Positions 1 to 12,106 of a stretch of DNA of 64,000 nucleotides are shown piece by piece. Each line of letters opens with the position of its first letter. Position 1 is the first letter of the stretch. The stretch spans positions 19,778,001 through 19,842,000 of the forward strand of contig OZ024755.1 in NCBI GenBank assembly GCA_964016885.1. The letters are read 5' to 3'. A model generated the notes under the pieces. It saw only the letters and a list, made by a program, of their open reading frames with translations, made no database searches and was not told where the DNA came from. The translations under genes and the position numbers were made by a program. The DNA is from Eledone cirrhosa (Eukaryota).

Positions 1-619
1 GGAGAGAGAGAAAGAAAGATGGAGAGAGAGAGAGAAAGAAAGACGGAGATGGAGAGAGAGAAAGAAAGATGGAGAGAGAGAGAAAGAAAGATGGAGAGAG
101 AGAGAAAGAAAGATGGAGAGAGAGAAAGAAAGACGGAGAGATACAGTGGGAGTTAGAAAGATATGTATATAAATGTTATAAAATTAACATGGTTTATTAA
201 TTAGATCCCCAACTAAATATCTGATTAGATTGCTTTTTCAGGTTAAGCATGGAGGAAATCCGGTGTTGTTATAGGACAAAGGGCATGCGTCATATATTTT
301 ATAGGAAAATCAATTACAATATATAGAGAGCCCAAGCAATCCACAATATAGAAGATTATAAAGAGATATGATACTTATTGACCGTTTATAATATATAAGG
401 ATAGGAAACAGAGCATTGAAATAGTCTAATGTAAATATTTTATAATAGCCTAGTTTGAATGTAGAACATTCTCAACGGAGAGTTCATATGATATATCAAT
501 ATAAAGGATAAACATTTTGAGTGCTTCTGATTTTAAACTTAATCCACTGATAACACACAAACGCACACATATATGTAAAAGGTAAATAGAAGTAACAGCA
601 CAATCGGTACAGTATATGG

Positions 620-720
620 AAAGAATATATTAGTTTAACGCTTGAAATAGCAGGAAAAGGGTCTTAACGTTTCGAACGCTAGTGCTTCATCAGCAGAAAG
701 AATGAAGGAACGGGCAGGGC
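620..720 (-). mobile_element. Family M PLE-like relic with minimal hammerhead motif (661-697)
   Basis: Minus strand reads CTGATGA-AGCACTAGCGTTC-GAAACGTTA-AGAC. The flank ATATATTAGTTTAACG matches the second copy near 52776. Stems are degraded. Confidence 0.5.
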
Positions 721-759
721 GAAATCAGAGAGAGAGGAAGAGGGGGTGGAGAGAGTGGG

Positions 760-948
760 AGAGAAGGAGGCAGAGGGAGAGAGAGAGCGAGAGAGCGAGA
801 GAGAGAGAGAGAGAGCGAGAGCGAGAGCGAGAGCGAGAGCGAGAGAGAGCGAGCGAGCGAGCGAGAGAGAGAGAGAGCGAGAGAGAGAGAGCGAGAGAGC
901 GAGAGAGAAAGAGAGAGAGCGAGAGAGAGCGAGAGAGAGAGAGCGAGT
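760..948. repeat. (GA)n/(GAGC)n simple repeat
   Basis: Direct reading; explains ORFs 679-1016. Confidence 0.95.
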
Positions 949-1256
949 CAGTTCCACTACATGGTGTGCTAATTTGTTGGGGAACTAACTCAAAACAGAA
1001 CTCGTCCTTGGACTGAGGGTTCTATTCACTACGGATTTTTTACCACTATATATATATAAATACTATGTGGTAAACTATATTTGGTCGAGTGCAAGGTCTT
1101 TCCCCACTTAAAAAACCCTTCAAAGCACATGCATTGCTTGTTCTGGATATGTTATAGGTTTGTGTGGCTGGCCGTGGCCTAAAAGTGCACCAAACTCTGT
1201 AAACTGACAAGCAGCACTCTTAGCAGAGTTTGCAGCCATCTCATATATACATATAT

Positions 1257-1480
1257 AGTAATAATAATAAATTTGAAGACTAAAATCCAAAGAGGGCTCG
1301 ATAAGGATAAATATATATCAAATATATAAGAACCGAAGAGCAAATATTTATTAAAATAACAGATTAAAGTTTGAGCAAAGAATCGCTGCTTTCACCCTTA
1401 ACGGGGTCTTCAGAAGATCCCGTTAAGGGTGAAAGCAGCGATTCTTTGCTTAAACTTTAATCTGTTATTTTAATAAATAT
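1257..1480 (+). mobile_element. Family A fold-back element (palindrome 1344-1480 centred on 1412, plus left tail) in (TA)n
   Basis: 68-bp arms with 2 mismatches. Related copies at 23181-23288, 34244-34420 and 51967-52082 (reverse). Carries a hammerhead-like CAGAAGA-TCCC-GTTAA-GGGT-GAAA. Confidence 0.8.
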
Positions 1481-1500
1481 ATATATATATATATATATAT

Positions 1501-1691
1501 AGGTACCAGTAAGACCCCGACGGCTGAGCTCAAGCCGTTTCGACGGCTAATTTTGGTCCAGAATTAGCCGTCGAAACGGCTTGAGCTCAGCCGTCGGGGT
1601 CTTACTGGTACCTATTACCCACTCTACTACCCCAAGTATTGAGTACTTTGGTGCGTTATGGTCCACCTGGTTCCTTACCACATTTCCTTCG

Positions 1692-1692
<1 letters not shown>
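1501..1692. mobile_element. Family B fold-back element (palindrome 1501-1613 centred on 1557, plus right tail) in (TA)n
   Basis: 56-bp arms with 1 mismatch. Contains GAA-ACGGCT-TGAGCTC-AGCCGT-C, which reads as hammerhead stem III plus GUC. The tail is shared with 28963, 35886, 39089 and 46737. Confidence 0.85.
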
Positions 1693-1732
<40 letters not shown>

Positions 1733-2091
1733 GTATATATGGTGTATTGTAGATATCTTTCTATTTTGTTAAAAGAAACATTATTATTCATTAGGCATAA
1801 ATTTCGTTTTAATTGTGTCCATTTATGTTTAACAACTATAGGGAATGGTAAATTTTCATGAAAGAAAATAATTTCAAGAAATATATTAGTTGCAATTAAC
1901 TACAACACTTAAATTCTCTTTTTTCTTTCTGAAATTTTGACTGTTATAATAAAACAAGTATAATGTGAATCAATAAGTTATGCGAAATATAGTTTGCTAA
2001 TTTCTATCAAAATGTGGTGCAGGTTTCCAGACATCTTGTATTCAATAGTTACATATCAAACAAGGATTTTTATTATTAGTTATTTTTATAA

Positions 2092-2650
2092 GGCGGTGGA
2101 TTGGCAGTATCGGTAGAGGTTCGGACGCCATGCTTTGCAGCATAGAGTTACGACCCTTTATGATCTGTGTTCAAAAATCCCGCCGAGGTTAACTTTGCCT
2201 TTCATCCTTACGCGGTCGATAAAATAAAGTACCAGTCACGCACTGGGGTTGATTTAATCGACATTCCCCTCCCCCAAAATTGCAGCCCTTGTGCCTATAT
2301 AAGAAACCATTATTAAAGCATACAAGGGTTGTGAATTGGTGGAATTGTTAGAGCGTCTGACAAATGCTTCGCATTTAGTATTCAAATCCTGCCCAAGTCA
2401 ACTTTTTCTTTCAAACACCCGAAGTTGATAAAATAAAGAATCACTTAGATATAGTCGACATTATCTCCACTCCACTATCAGTAGAGGGTCGGACGCCATG
2501 CTTTCCAGCAGAGTTACGTCCCTTTACGATCTGAGTTCAAATCCCGCCGAGGTTAACTTTGCCTTTCATCCTTACGGGGTCGATAAAATAAAGTACCAGT
2601 AATGTACTGGGTATTTGCTGGCCTTGTGCCAAATGTAGAAACAATTATCT
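2092..2650 (+). mobile_element. Cluster of three tRNA-derived Nin/Deu-domain SINE copies
   Basis: A-box-like TGGCAGTATCGG, B-box GAGTTCAAATCC, core GCCTTTCATCCTTACGGGGTCGATAAAATAAAGTACCAG and (TAT)n tail. The third copy is flanked by ATTATCTCCACTCC (TSD). Confidence 0.85.
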
Positions 2651-3871
2651 CCACTCCCAACACACACAAACAAAAACAACATTCTGACTTCGAGTCAAAA
2701 TTAGATACCATTGTAACATATGCAACCTTAATATGTTTTGTTCTGGGCCATAATCCATTAACTTGTCGTATGCATCAATGTCATGATACACAGCTTCCTA
2801 CTGCAGTACGCCTATGAATCAGGACCTTTTTTTAAATCACTTTCTTTCAGCCATTTACCTCGGAGTACCTCGGAGTTTTAGAGGGAACAGCTGACCCTTC
2901 GCCATGAAATCAGATCGAAAGTAGCCCGTCTAATGAAGGAGCACCGCCAGGTGGGGTGACTGTTTCAACGAATGTCCCTGGCTATTGTCCACGGGGCGCA
3001 GCTGAAATACTGCTCTGAGTTAGATGTAGAATCTGTCCCCCACCCCTCTTTCCTTCTTCCTTTGTCTAATAGTCCTTACTTTTCCTCTCATTTATGGCAT
3101 TTGTAGTCATTTCCAGCACTACATTCTTTTTTGGTATTTTTGAAAATTTATAATTAAGATAAAAAATTTAAGCATTTACTACACTGAAAATCCATAAAGA
3201 GGAAAAGGAAAAGTAATACACGTTTTGATTCTTTAAATTTCCAGCAATTCTCAAATAATTCCAATATTCCGTGTAAACATTTATGAATCAAATTGAATAA
3301 TTTACTAATCGAAAGACTAAGATATAAAATATAAATTGGAAATCCAAAACACACTATGATAAAGATATTGTTATCTGCATAATATATTTTACTAACTATT
3401 ACGTGTAAGAGAATATTTAAGTATGCTGTCATTCACTGAAACCCACGAGGATTTCTTTACTGCGCGACATACTTTTATTAACTTACAAATGAGACAACAA
3501 TAAACCCCAAAGCTGTCTAAGAGTCAGAATTTATATGTATTGATTCGAAATCTTCATTAATGATAATATTCGTTACTCTAATCGGCAGCTGCAAGCCATA
3601 AAAAATGTCAATGTGTGAATGCTTATAATTTTTTTATCCACAGGTGTCAACAATTTACAGTCTACAATGAACCTCTCGAGGCATCGATTTCTAAACTATT
3701 ATGGCTTTTGCATTCTTTTCTTCCATTTGTTATATCTTATTGATTCCTTTCAAATAAACAAAAGACCATTCAACATGGTAATAATAGAGATTATATCAAA
3801 TCCAGAATAAATGGAGACAGATTTTGTTTTAGTTGGGTCTCAAACCTTGTTGTCTTAGAGGTACGAACATA

Positions 3872-4224
3872 AATACGACAGCAATCTCTTCCATGTTACA
3901 ACTCGTGGATTACTTCTACTACCGTGGTATAGCTACCGATACCTTAGCCACCAACCCAGTATGTAACACCACCAAATTTTGGATATCAATTCTAAATGAT
4001 ATTTACCAATGAATTGCTTCGATTTGACAGCGAAGTGTTATAATATATACAACAGCGATCTCTGCCATGTTACAATTCGTTGGTGACTTTTACTACCCAG
4101 GCATAGTTACCGATACATTAGCAACTACCCCATATGTGACACCACCACGTTTTGGATATCAATTCTAAATAATATTTACGAATGAACTACTTCGATTTGT
4201 CAACGAAGTGTTATAATAGATACG
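3872..4224. repeat. Diverged tandem duplication, 2 x ~175 bp
   Basis: Blocks CCATGTTACAA, TTTGGATATCAATTCTAAAT and CGAAGTGTTATAATA each occur twice about 175 bp apart. Confidence 0.85.
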
Positions 4225-5055
4225 ATAACACTCACCCACCAAACACCCATCAAACCTAGTTAGAAAAGAAAAAAAAACGGGTCCACCACTTTCTTTTGGG
4301 GGAATTATATGATACCATTTTCAGTTGAACAATCTAAATTATATATTTAACTAAATATTTTGAGGTGGTAGATAGAGCCGTATATAAAGCAAACCAAAAG
4401 AACAAAAACATAACCAGGAATTCAGTTGGAATCTGCTTCTTTCACAGAGAATTTAATCAAAGATTTTATTATGAATAGACTTGGGAATGTTAAGTTTTTA
4501 GAAAAGGAAAACCGAGGTTATTGAACAGAAGATCTGATGTATTATTCCGGCTCATAAGCACCAAAAGAAACAAAATGGCTTCTCTAGCTAGTCATGTATT
4601 CAACAGAAACATGAAAAACTTTGCTTCTATGTTAACAAACATGAGCAAACGAATTTGAAATGCTATGATTTAACACGGAAGAATATTTCGAATAAATGAA
4701 AAGAAATTGCTATGTAAGCATTTTAATATTACAGACGATGTGTACGTAGTTAGCGCAATAATAAATCAAATAGGAAATAATGAGAGGATAGGTGATTTAA
4801 CGATATATTTCTGTGGAGACATGTTACCATTTCTGTAAATAGTTATAACATGAAAGTATTGCATATCTGTCTCTCTTCAGACACATATACATCCTTGCTC
4901 TCACACATAGACATATAATTATGTATGTGTATAAGGATGAAGATAATAATGAAAATAATAAATAATAATATATAAACACTGCGCAACTTCTTTTTCCGTT
5001 TTGTAAGGTTATTCACCCTATTTTATAAGGGATTTTATACCATCTATGCGCTTGA

Positions 5056-5098
<43 letters not shown>

Positions 5099-5101
<3 letters not shown>

Positions 5102-5551
5102 GAGGTTATATTTAATTTGTTGGGATTCAACAAGCTTAAACATATTTATAACTGATATAAAGCACTCAACAGTTTAGTGCAGTAAATACACAATATATTA
5201 ATAAATGGAAACTATATTTATAAAACCATATTTATTTTATTATACATATTTCAAGGGCAACCAAGGCAAATTATGGTGCGCTTTCATCAGATAAAATACA
5301 GATTTGTTTTATAAATAAATAAATATTGACATACCCGGAAAAAAAAGACAACCTTAACGGTTGGGGCTTCCTGGATAGGCCCCAACCGTTAAGGTTGTCT
5401 TTTTTTCCGGGTATGTCAATATTTATTTATAAAACAAAGCTGTATTTTATCTGATGAAAGCGCACCATAATTTGCCTTGGTTTCCCTTGAAATATGTATA
5501 ATAAAATAAATATGGTTTTATAAATATAGTTTCCATTTATTAATATATTGT
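5099..5551 (+). mobile_element. Family C fold-back element C1 (~175-bp arms, 5190-5551, plus left tail) in (TA)n
   Basis: Near-perfect inverted repeat around loop TTCCTGGATAG. Homologous to copies at 11657, 30307, 55076 and 56105. Confidence 0.9.
5443..5508 (+). ncRNA. Type I hammerhead ribozyme motif (C1), mirrored in the left arm
   Basis: Stem I TATTTTAT/ATAAAATA, core CTGATGA, stem II AAG..ACCA/TGGT..CTT, then GAA-ATA-TG-TAT-A. Predicted cut after 5500. Confidence 0.7.
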
Positions 5552-6971
5552 ATATATATGTGTGTGTGTGTTTGTGATGCTCTAAATATTTACGCCTCTA
5601 CAACTGAAGAAATTGTGCGGTTTGAGAAATAAAGATCGATAAAATAGGTGCTAGACCCAAAAACTATTCGCGTCGATATTGACAACTAAACCTTTGAAAG
5701 CAGTGTCACATTCCAATGATTAAAACTAGTAAATGGAGAAAAGAATAAACGTAATGCATATCAGATATCCAAAAATTAGTTTTAGCTTTTTCAAGCAATT
5801 TTGTATACACGAGCTGAATGTTTTCCAGCCAACTATTCATCCACTATTTAAAAAAATATATTTGTAAATCAATGTTAAAATTTGTCATTGACCGTAATTG
5901 TATAAGCATTAAATATAAATTAACTATAAAAATCAAGCCAAATTTATAACGACTGCATTAAAAATACTTAATTATGAGGAATATTAGTTGGGTGTTAAAT
6001 ATATTAAATGTCTAAAACATAAAATCAGAATTATTCTGATAAAATAGACACAGGAAATTTGAAAAAGATTTATACGTAATGAATCTAGTAAATCACAATA
6101 TGCTAACATTACGAGCATTGCAAAGAGCGTCTACGTGGTAATTCAATCTGCTAAAAACTCACAAATTCTGATGGAATAATTAGGTGTTGAAATTTCTTTG
6201 GCATACTGTTTACTTCTTTTGGGTGGACCTGGGGTTAGGCGACAAAATAACAACAACGAAGGCAAACATTTTAATAACTATGAAAAATATAAGTAAATGA
6301 AAAGAAAAGAATGTTATCTCTGAACGAGATGAAGCGAGAGTGTATTAGAATACAAATAGATATGTATTGCTAGAACAGGTGTTAAAACAGCCAAATGTTG
6401 TCTTTCTGCCGGCTGCTGATCTCTGTCCTTTGAAGGATTATTGCCCACATTTGGTTGTTTTAACGGCTTTTTTAGTGATGAGTTGTCTCATTTTTATATG
6501 ATGAAAAACTTGTAAACCATATATGTCTGCACATAATAAAATACTCATACTAAAGGTTAAAAGATGTACCGAAGTAGAATACTTATTGTAATACTATAAT
6601 ATTAGTTTGATAAATATTGCGAAAGAAAAATAAGTTAGTCATAGTTACTTTTCAATAAACAATCTTGTAATAGCGAAAACATTTTTTCTATGGATGTAAA
6701 TATACGAAAGCATTTAATGAGCTTATTGAAGAAAATGGAAAGAAAATGTCAGTATATAGATTTAGTGAATTACATTTAGTGCAAAGCAAATATTTCATAT
6801 TTTTATTACTGAAGAGAACAAATGGCATTCATTGACACTGCAGCTGTATATAAAAAGGTTTAAATTGTTTTATGTCAAATTATAAATAATAATATGATGA
6901 CAAACTTACAAGTACAGACAGGTATTCGCACATAATGAAACATATACATCTGTGCATGCAATCACATACAT

Positions 6972-7002
<31 letters not shown>

Positions 7003-7790
7003 CTTGTGTACTGATGAATATATATATATATGTATATGTGTATATATATACACACATATACATATTCACATATACACACATATATATACACACACACACG
7101 AAGTGTTCTGGTTATATTGCACTTAGAGAGGATTTAACATGGGTAGTTATGTAAATTTAAGTCTGTGTATATATTTATGTATACATACACACTTAGAAAA
7201 CCACATATTGTAAATCCTCTCCATGTTTTAAAAAATCTAAATACTAATACTAAATAATTTATGTTAGGTGTGTTAAAAATAGTAAAAAAAAAATGACAGT
7301 GGCAAGAGTACAATTAAAAAACCGAAACCGTCAAAACACTTTTCAATAATGTCAAAATAGCTGTCTGAATATAAAAGCAACATCTCATTTTATTGCTAGG
7401 GAATATGATGGAAGAGAATTTCTATACAAGTAGAAGAATCGATAGAATTCTATCAGTTTTAGTCAGACTAGTAATATTGCGTAAATTTTCAGTTGCGAAA
7501 CATTGACACAAAATTTTACGGTCATACATTTTATAGAAAAACGAAATGTGTTTATGCGAATGGTGTTTTATTTTGTTGTTTCTATTTGTAGTAGAGGCTT
7601 CTCTTGTATTTGTATTGCCACACTTCACCCCCAAAACCGAGCGGATGTAATATCAAATATATCATCTATATGTTGTTTGTTTGGAGACATATCTTCTCTT
7701 GAGTCATCTAGCTTTCGAAGGTGAAACATTTATTTTAGTTTTTTTCTAATGGCTAGGATATATGCGGTTCACCACACTTGCATACTTATT

Positions 7791-8033
7791 GGATCGATCG
7801 ACAAATCTCAAACCTCACCCGCTGACCGAATGGCGTGGAGTTCGTCAAAACGAACCGAGGAAACAATGTTTCCATTAGTCTTTCTCATTGATAATGCTGT
7901 CATAACTCGTTGCAGAAGGGACAACGTGAAATAAAGCGTTTTGATCATAGAGGTAATGTATTGCGCGGTCTGAAAATCGAACTGGCAACCTCACGATTAC
8001 GAATCAAATTCTCTCACAACTAAACTACGCGCC
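7791..8033 (-). mobile_element. Second tRNA-derived SINE family, degenerate copy
   Basis: Reverse complement aligns by eye to 55443-55656 (GGAAACATTGTTTCCTCGGT, TTTATTTCACGTTG, GTCGATCGATCC). Confidence 0.7.
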
Positions 8034-8715
8034 TTCACGAACCACGCGCTTTGTGAAGGCGCTTGGAGACATATAGAACTAGATTATCCAAAGTATTTTC
8101 TTTTTATAACAGTATTATGCAATTAAAAGAAGTAGTTACTATTTCTAGCCTGCCCTACAACTCTATAGAGGAACCTATCATTGATTCCTATGATGAAAGG
8201 TCAAGTGAGTTGATTTTATCATTAAGTCGGAAGCATATCAGGATTTCTCCGCATATTTTATTTCACTGGACATGCCATTAATGATAAGGATTTCTAGAGT
8301 TTCTAGAAGGAACAATAAACAAACCAGTCCAAATGAAAACTCTTCTAAACACAACTTACATTCTATGCAAGGCATTTTCAATTTCAATAACATAACTCAA
8401 ACAGAACACTCTATACACAGCAACACCCTATACGATGTTCACCAAATAAAGTTACACATGTCAGGGTATGTATACTCAAGGGATTTAATCCCCAAACAAT
8501 ATATCAATACATACACTGCACAATCGGCATCCAATAAAATATTGAAATACATAATCTTACGTAATCAATCTTGTAAAATCCATATCTTACGATATATCAC
8601 CAACAATTCAAAGAACATGCATTGTACAGGCTCTACACAACATGTACAACGAGGATCTTGTCCGGCGCTCTTTCGATTTAGCCTTGACACAGCCTTATTA
8701 ATGATTTCTAATTGA

Positions 8716-9560
8716 GGCAGAAGGCCAACAATTTTGGGGGGAGGGGAAGTATATTAAATCGTCCTCAGTACGTAACTGGTACTTTATTTTATCGACCCCG
8801 TATGGATGAAAGGCAAAGCTAATTTCGACGGGATTTGAACTATGCCGCAAAGACTGTTATCCGATGCTCTACCGATACTGCCATTCTACTGTCCTTAACA
8901 ACAACAACAACTATTTATTATATAGGCACAAGGCCAGCAATATTGGGGGAAGGGAAAATCGATTAAATCGACCCCAGTATGTTACTGGCACTCTATTTTA
9001 TTGACACCGTAAGGATGAAAGTAAAGCTAACCTCGGCGGGATTTGAACTCAATACGTAAAGAATCGTAACTCTGTGCCACAAAGCATGGTGTCCGATGCT
9101 CTACCGGTACTGCCATTCCACCACCTTAAATAATAATAATGGTTTCTTATATAGGCACAAGGCCAGAAATCTTGTGGGGAGGGGAAAGTCGATAAAATCG
9201 ACCCCAGTGCGTGACTGTTACTTTATTTTATCGACCCCGTAAGGATGAAAGGCAAAGTTAACCTCGGTGGGATTTGAACTCGGATCATAAAGGGACGTAA
9301 ATCTTTGCTGCAAAGCATGGCGTCCGACCCTCTACTGATACTGCCAATCCACCACCCTTAAATAATAATAATAATTGTTTCTACTTTTGGCACAAGGCCA
9401 GCGATTACCCAGTGTATTACTGGTACTTTATTTTATCGACCCCGTAAGGATGAAAGGCAAAGTTAACCTCGACAGGATGGAACTATGCTAGAAAACATGG
9501 CGTCCAACCCTCTACCGATACTGCCAATTCACCGCCCTTAAATAATAATAATAATAATAA
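8716..9560 (-). mobile_element. Head-to-tail array of four Nin/Deu SINE copies
   Basis: Core TACTTTATTTTATCGACCCCGTAAGGATGAAAGGC (or a close variant) repeated four times, separated by (AAT)n/(AAC)n tails. Confidence 0.9.
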
Positions 9561-10057
9561 CGTTAATAATAACAATATTTTCTATATAATCAAAAGAGAA
9601 ATAAATTAAAAACTAAGAACCGTTATAATTACTACGTCTCACTAAGAAATCGTCATGTCTCTTTTCAGTTGGAAAGGAATATTTTGAAACGCTTCACTAC
9701 TGATAATTAGGACATGGTTCAAATAAGATTGGTATATAGTAATATAAAGTTTCTGATCGATAAATTATTAAAGAAAACAAAGATATCGGCTGTTTCCTTA
9801 ATCACGAAATTACACTTTCTCATTATGGAGATTAATAATTTTCTTTCATTAAGGTGCTCTTTCAACTTTATAGAATGACACAGAAACTTAATATATCTGC
9901 TGTAAAGTCAGGAGGTTGCTTTTCTCACTTCAATCTACCCCCCCCCCTCTCTCACTCTCTCGACACAAAATAACACACAAAGACAGATACACCCACGTAT
10001 ATGTATATTTGTACACGTACACATACATATATATATATATGTGTGTGTGTGTGTGCG

Positions 10058-10094
<37 letters not shown>

Positions 10095-10149
10095 ATATGC
10101 ATATATATGTGTATATAATAATAATAATATTATTTATAGTTATGTATAA

Positions 10150-10637
10150 ACAACTATAAACAGGAAAAGTCAGTAATTTATTACTACCTTATTACCAGTA
10201 AGAGAAATAGCTCAATGTAAGAACATCAGTTGTTTTACAGAGCAGGAAAATAAATAAATTAGACAATTATCAAAGTTGTGTTCAAATCTTTTAATAGCTG
10301 ACAATCGTTTCTTCCAAACTCTCGTTTGGAATCATCGGAGCATTATTAATGTTTGTACATGTAATTAACCTCCTATTCAACTGAACAATAATATAGATAC
10401 ATTTTGTACAATTCTCGTAAAATATATGTCACATCCATTCCACCCTGTAAATACGAAACTGTTGCTCACAACATCAATATATATGTATCTATATTATTGT
10501 TCAGTTGAATAGGAGGTTAATTATATGTCCAAATATTAATAATGCTCCGATGACTCCAAACGAGAGTTTGGAAGCAACGATTGTCAGCTATTAAATGATT
10601 TGAACACAACTTTGATAATTGTCTAATTTATTTATTT
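10150..10637 (+). mobile_element. Family D fold-back element D1 (arms 10248-10402 and 10483-10637, 80-bp spacer, left tail)
   Basis: 155-bp inverted arms with a few mismatches. Tail TTACTACCTTATTACCAGTAAG..GCTCAATGTAA is shared with 28800-28875. Confidence 0.85.
10293..10347 (-). ncRNA. Hammerhead ribozyme motif, core variant CCGATGA (mirror copy 10538-10592 is mutated)
   Basis: GCT-CCGATGA-TTCCAAAC-GAGA-GTTTGGAA-GAAAC-GATT-GTC-AGC: 8-bp stem II with GNRA loop and GUC triplet. Confidence 0.7.
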
Positions 10638-10857
10638 ATTTAGTATATACGACTTAAATCTCTTGTGGAAATATTTTAAGGGCTTGTCACTCTATACATG
10701 GGAAGACTAGATTTCCGGCGGTATCACACCCATCAAAAGTCAGGTTCTACAAGCAAACATACGACATTCAGCAACACCACAGAGGAACGTCTACCCCAGA
10801 GCACAATGAGAAAACCTCCCCCTCATCCACCTATTTTTTTTACTAGAAGTTACATAA

Positions 10858-11385
10858 CACAGACACACACACTCAGGCATATATAAATATATATCTGTGT
10901 ACATATATGTATATATACACACACACACTCAGGCATATATAAATATATATCTGTTTACATATTTGTACACACACTCAGACACACACTCAGGCATATATAA
11001 ATATATATACACACACACTCAGGCATATATAAATATATATACACACACACTCAGGCATATATAAATATATATCTGTGTACATATATGTACACACACACAG
11101 ACACACACTCAGGCATATATAAATATATATCTGTGTACATATTTGTACACACACACAGATACACACTCAGGCATATATAAATATATATCTGTGTACATAT
11201 ATGTACACACACACAGACACACACTCAAACATATATAAATATATATCTGTGTACATATATGTACACACAAACAGACACACACTCAAACATATATAAATAT
11301 ATATCTGTGTACATATATGTACACACACACAGACACACACTCAAACATATATAAATATATATCTGTGTACATATATGTACACACA
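10858..11385. repeat. ~60-bp minisatellite (ACACACTCAGGCATATATAAATATATATCTGTGTACAT...)
   Basis: About 10 full or partial units read directly. Confidence 0.9.
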
Positions 11386-11656
11386 AATATATATATATAT
11401 ATAACAATTATAAAGTAAGAAGAAATAGTAGACACATATATACTTGTGAAAAAGTATATGTGTATATATATATATGTTTATGTATGTATGCACATATATG
11501 TGTGTACCTCTCATTATATATATATATATATACACACACATACATCATACATCATACATACTCACTCTGCTTCTTCCCATGTATAGAGTACCACCCTGCT
11601 TTGTGGTTTCCCCGATCTCGGCAACGTAGACTTTATATATATATATATATATATAT

Positions 11657-12080
11657 GTAGAATTTCTATTTAAATTGTTGGGATACAACAAGCACATATT
11701 TTTATAACTGATATAAAGCACTCAACAAATTATTGGAGTAAAAATACGATATATTAACAAATGGAAACTATATTTATAAAACCATATTTATTTCATTATA
11801 CATATTTCAAGGACACCAAGTGAAATTATGGTGCGCTTTCATCAGAAAAAATATAATATAGATCAGTTTTATAAATAAATATTGACATACCCTTAAAGAA
11901 TGCTTCCAACAGAAATGGTCGCATTCTTTAAGGGTATGTCAATATTTATTTATAAAACTGATCTATATTATATTTTATCTGATGAAAGCGCACCATAATT
12001 TCACTTGGTGTCCTTGAAATATGTATAATGAAATAAATATGGTTTTATAAATATAGTTTCCATTTGTTAATATATCGTAT
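11657..12080 (+). mobile_element. Family C fold-back element C2 (arms 11744-11903 and 11921-12080), hammerhead motif 11971-12035
   Basis: 160-bp near-perfect arms. CTGATGA-AAG-C-GCACCA-loop-TGGTGT-C-CTT-GAAATATGTATA. Confidence 0.9.
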
Positions 12081-12106
12081 ATATATATATATATATATAT
12101 ATATTT

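Noticed and set aside
1373-1452. A-to-G differences between arms as a retro-copied ADAR editing signature
   Set aside because: Only two sites in this copy; mismatches in D1, C1 and I are of mixed types.
1344-1480. Pre-miRNA or classical MITE interpretation of the hairpins
   Set aside because: Arm length and fold point differ between copies of a family and the tail is one-sided, unlike a fixed precursor or a TIR element.
2092-2190. tRNA gene (A and B boxes)
   Set aside because: It is the head of a high-copy SINE and no cloverleaf can be formed.
3872-4224. Tandem duplication as a repeated protein domain
   Set aside because: The five frames I translated contain stops and the ORF track shows no ORF here.
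8272-8715. 147-aa ORF
   Set aside because: No recognisable domain or splice support; composition matches AT-rich background.
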